The notes beneath the pieces were generated by a model. The model was not told where the DNA came from. It made no database searches and worked only from the letters and a program-made list of their open reading frames with translations. A program made the translations under genes and the position numbers. DNA of 18,697 bases from a bacterium (GTDB taxonomy: Bacteria > Hydrothermota > 32-111): the NCBI GenBank assembly GCA_046484245.1, contig JAWOBN010000017.1, forward strand, positions 1-18,697, in the 5' to 3' direction. Positions 18,234-18,697 of the stretch are shown here, one piece after another; positions within the stretch are counted from its first letter, which is position 1; every line of letters starts with the position of its first letter.

Positions 18234-18493
18234 CAGTCCTCCTTTATGCCAATAGGCGTAATACCGGATATGTCGGTTATTCTAACCCTGCAGATCTCAC
18301 CGGGCATTTGCTTTCCCTTTACTACTACCATCCTCTCACCCCTGTCTCTGCCTATAAAATCATTCTCACTCTTTCTTGAGGGTCTTTCTATGAGTACTTC
18401 GGCTTCCATTCCGATGAGAGACATTGTTCTTTCCATTTTAATTGAATTTTGTAATTTAATCAAGTGTTTTAATCTATTGAGCCGTATATCTTT
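18233..18493 (-). pseudogene. miaB: 3' fragment of a MiaB-type methylthiotransferase (last helix plus TRAM domain), within the open frame 18541-18233
   Basis: RLKHLIKLQ...SLIGMEAEVLIE..SRKS....GR.....VV.....PGEICRVRITD matches the MiaB C-terminus. The UPF0004 and radical-SAM domains are absent, and the upstream DNA does not continue the gene. Confidence 0.75.
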
Positions 18494-18494
18494 A

Positions 18495-18506
18495 AAATTG
18501 CAATTT
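18495..18506. repeat. Perfect 12-bp palindrome AAATTGCAATTT, extendable imperfectly to 18490-18510
   Basis: Directly visible, at the point where MiaB similarity stops. TGCAATTT recurs at 18527-18534. Confidence 0.7.
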
Positions 18507-18534
18507 ATAGACCCCAACAAATCAAGTGCAATTT

Positions 18535-18563
18535 GTGACATTTTTTCTTGAAAAAAATAAAAT
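18535..18563 (+). promoter_or_regulatory. Putative sigma70 promoter GTGACA-N17-TAAAAT for the small peptide gene
   Basis: 5/6 matches to both hexamers with a 17-bp spacer, 44 nt upstream of ATG 18607. The AT-rich context raises the chance-match rate. Confidence 0.55.
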
Positions 18564-18606
18564 AAAAGTTGAGAATAGCATTTTCACTTTGAAAGGAGAG
18601 ATTACT

Positions 18607-18681
18607 ATGAATAGAGGTTTGGGTATAGTAGGAACAATATTGGTTATTCTTTTGGTCCTTTGGCTTCTAAAAATAATTTAG
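18607..18681 (+). CDS. 24-aa hydrophobic membrane peptide MNRGLGIVGTILVILLVLWLLKII
   Basis: Strong RBS GAAAGGAGAG (18591-18600), ATG at 18607 and TAG at 18679-18681. It forms a single TM helix and is below the ORF-track length cutoff. Confidence 0.7.
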   Translation: MNRGLGIVGTILVILLVLWLLKII

Positions 18682-18697
18682 TATTGCGATAAAGTTT

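Noticed and set aside
18246..18551. 101-aa + strand ORF opposite the miaB fragment
   Set aside because: It is an antisense shadow of the TRAM-coding frame with no recognisable features.

Overview
A gene-dense chromosomal window, probably from a diderm bacterium allied to the FCB group (inferred from a T9SS-type C-terminal sorting domain, a DUF4837-like lipoprotein and LapA). Two blocks converge at ~5050. The + strand carries a 5'-truncated large secreted modular protein, smpB, an N-acetylmuramoyl-L-alanine amidase and murI. The - strand carries a ~12.8 kb tightly coupled run: miaB 3' fragment, lapA, TPR membrane protein, SPOR protein, mutS, hypothetical, recG, DUF4837-like lipoprotein, DxxGxDxY-repeat protein, helical protein, dCMP deaminase, putative OM barrel and serine hydrolase. 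A separately promoted pilin-like gene follows. Most of the content is housekeeping and no complete novel system is demonstrable. The most notable items are: (1) miaB appears broken at ~18494 beside a palindrome, followed by AT-rich DNA, suggesting the edge of an element integrated in miaB; (2) an unannotated 24-aa hydrophobic peptide gene with its own promoter and strong RBS in that AT-rich DNA; (3) an apparently circularly permuted lamin-tail domain in the secreted protein; (4) a pilin-like gene lacking the Gly(-1) cleavage residue, behind a perfect sigma70 consensus promoter.
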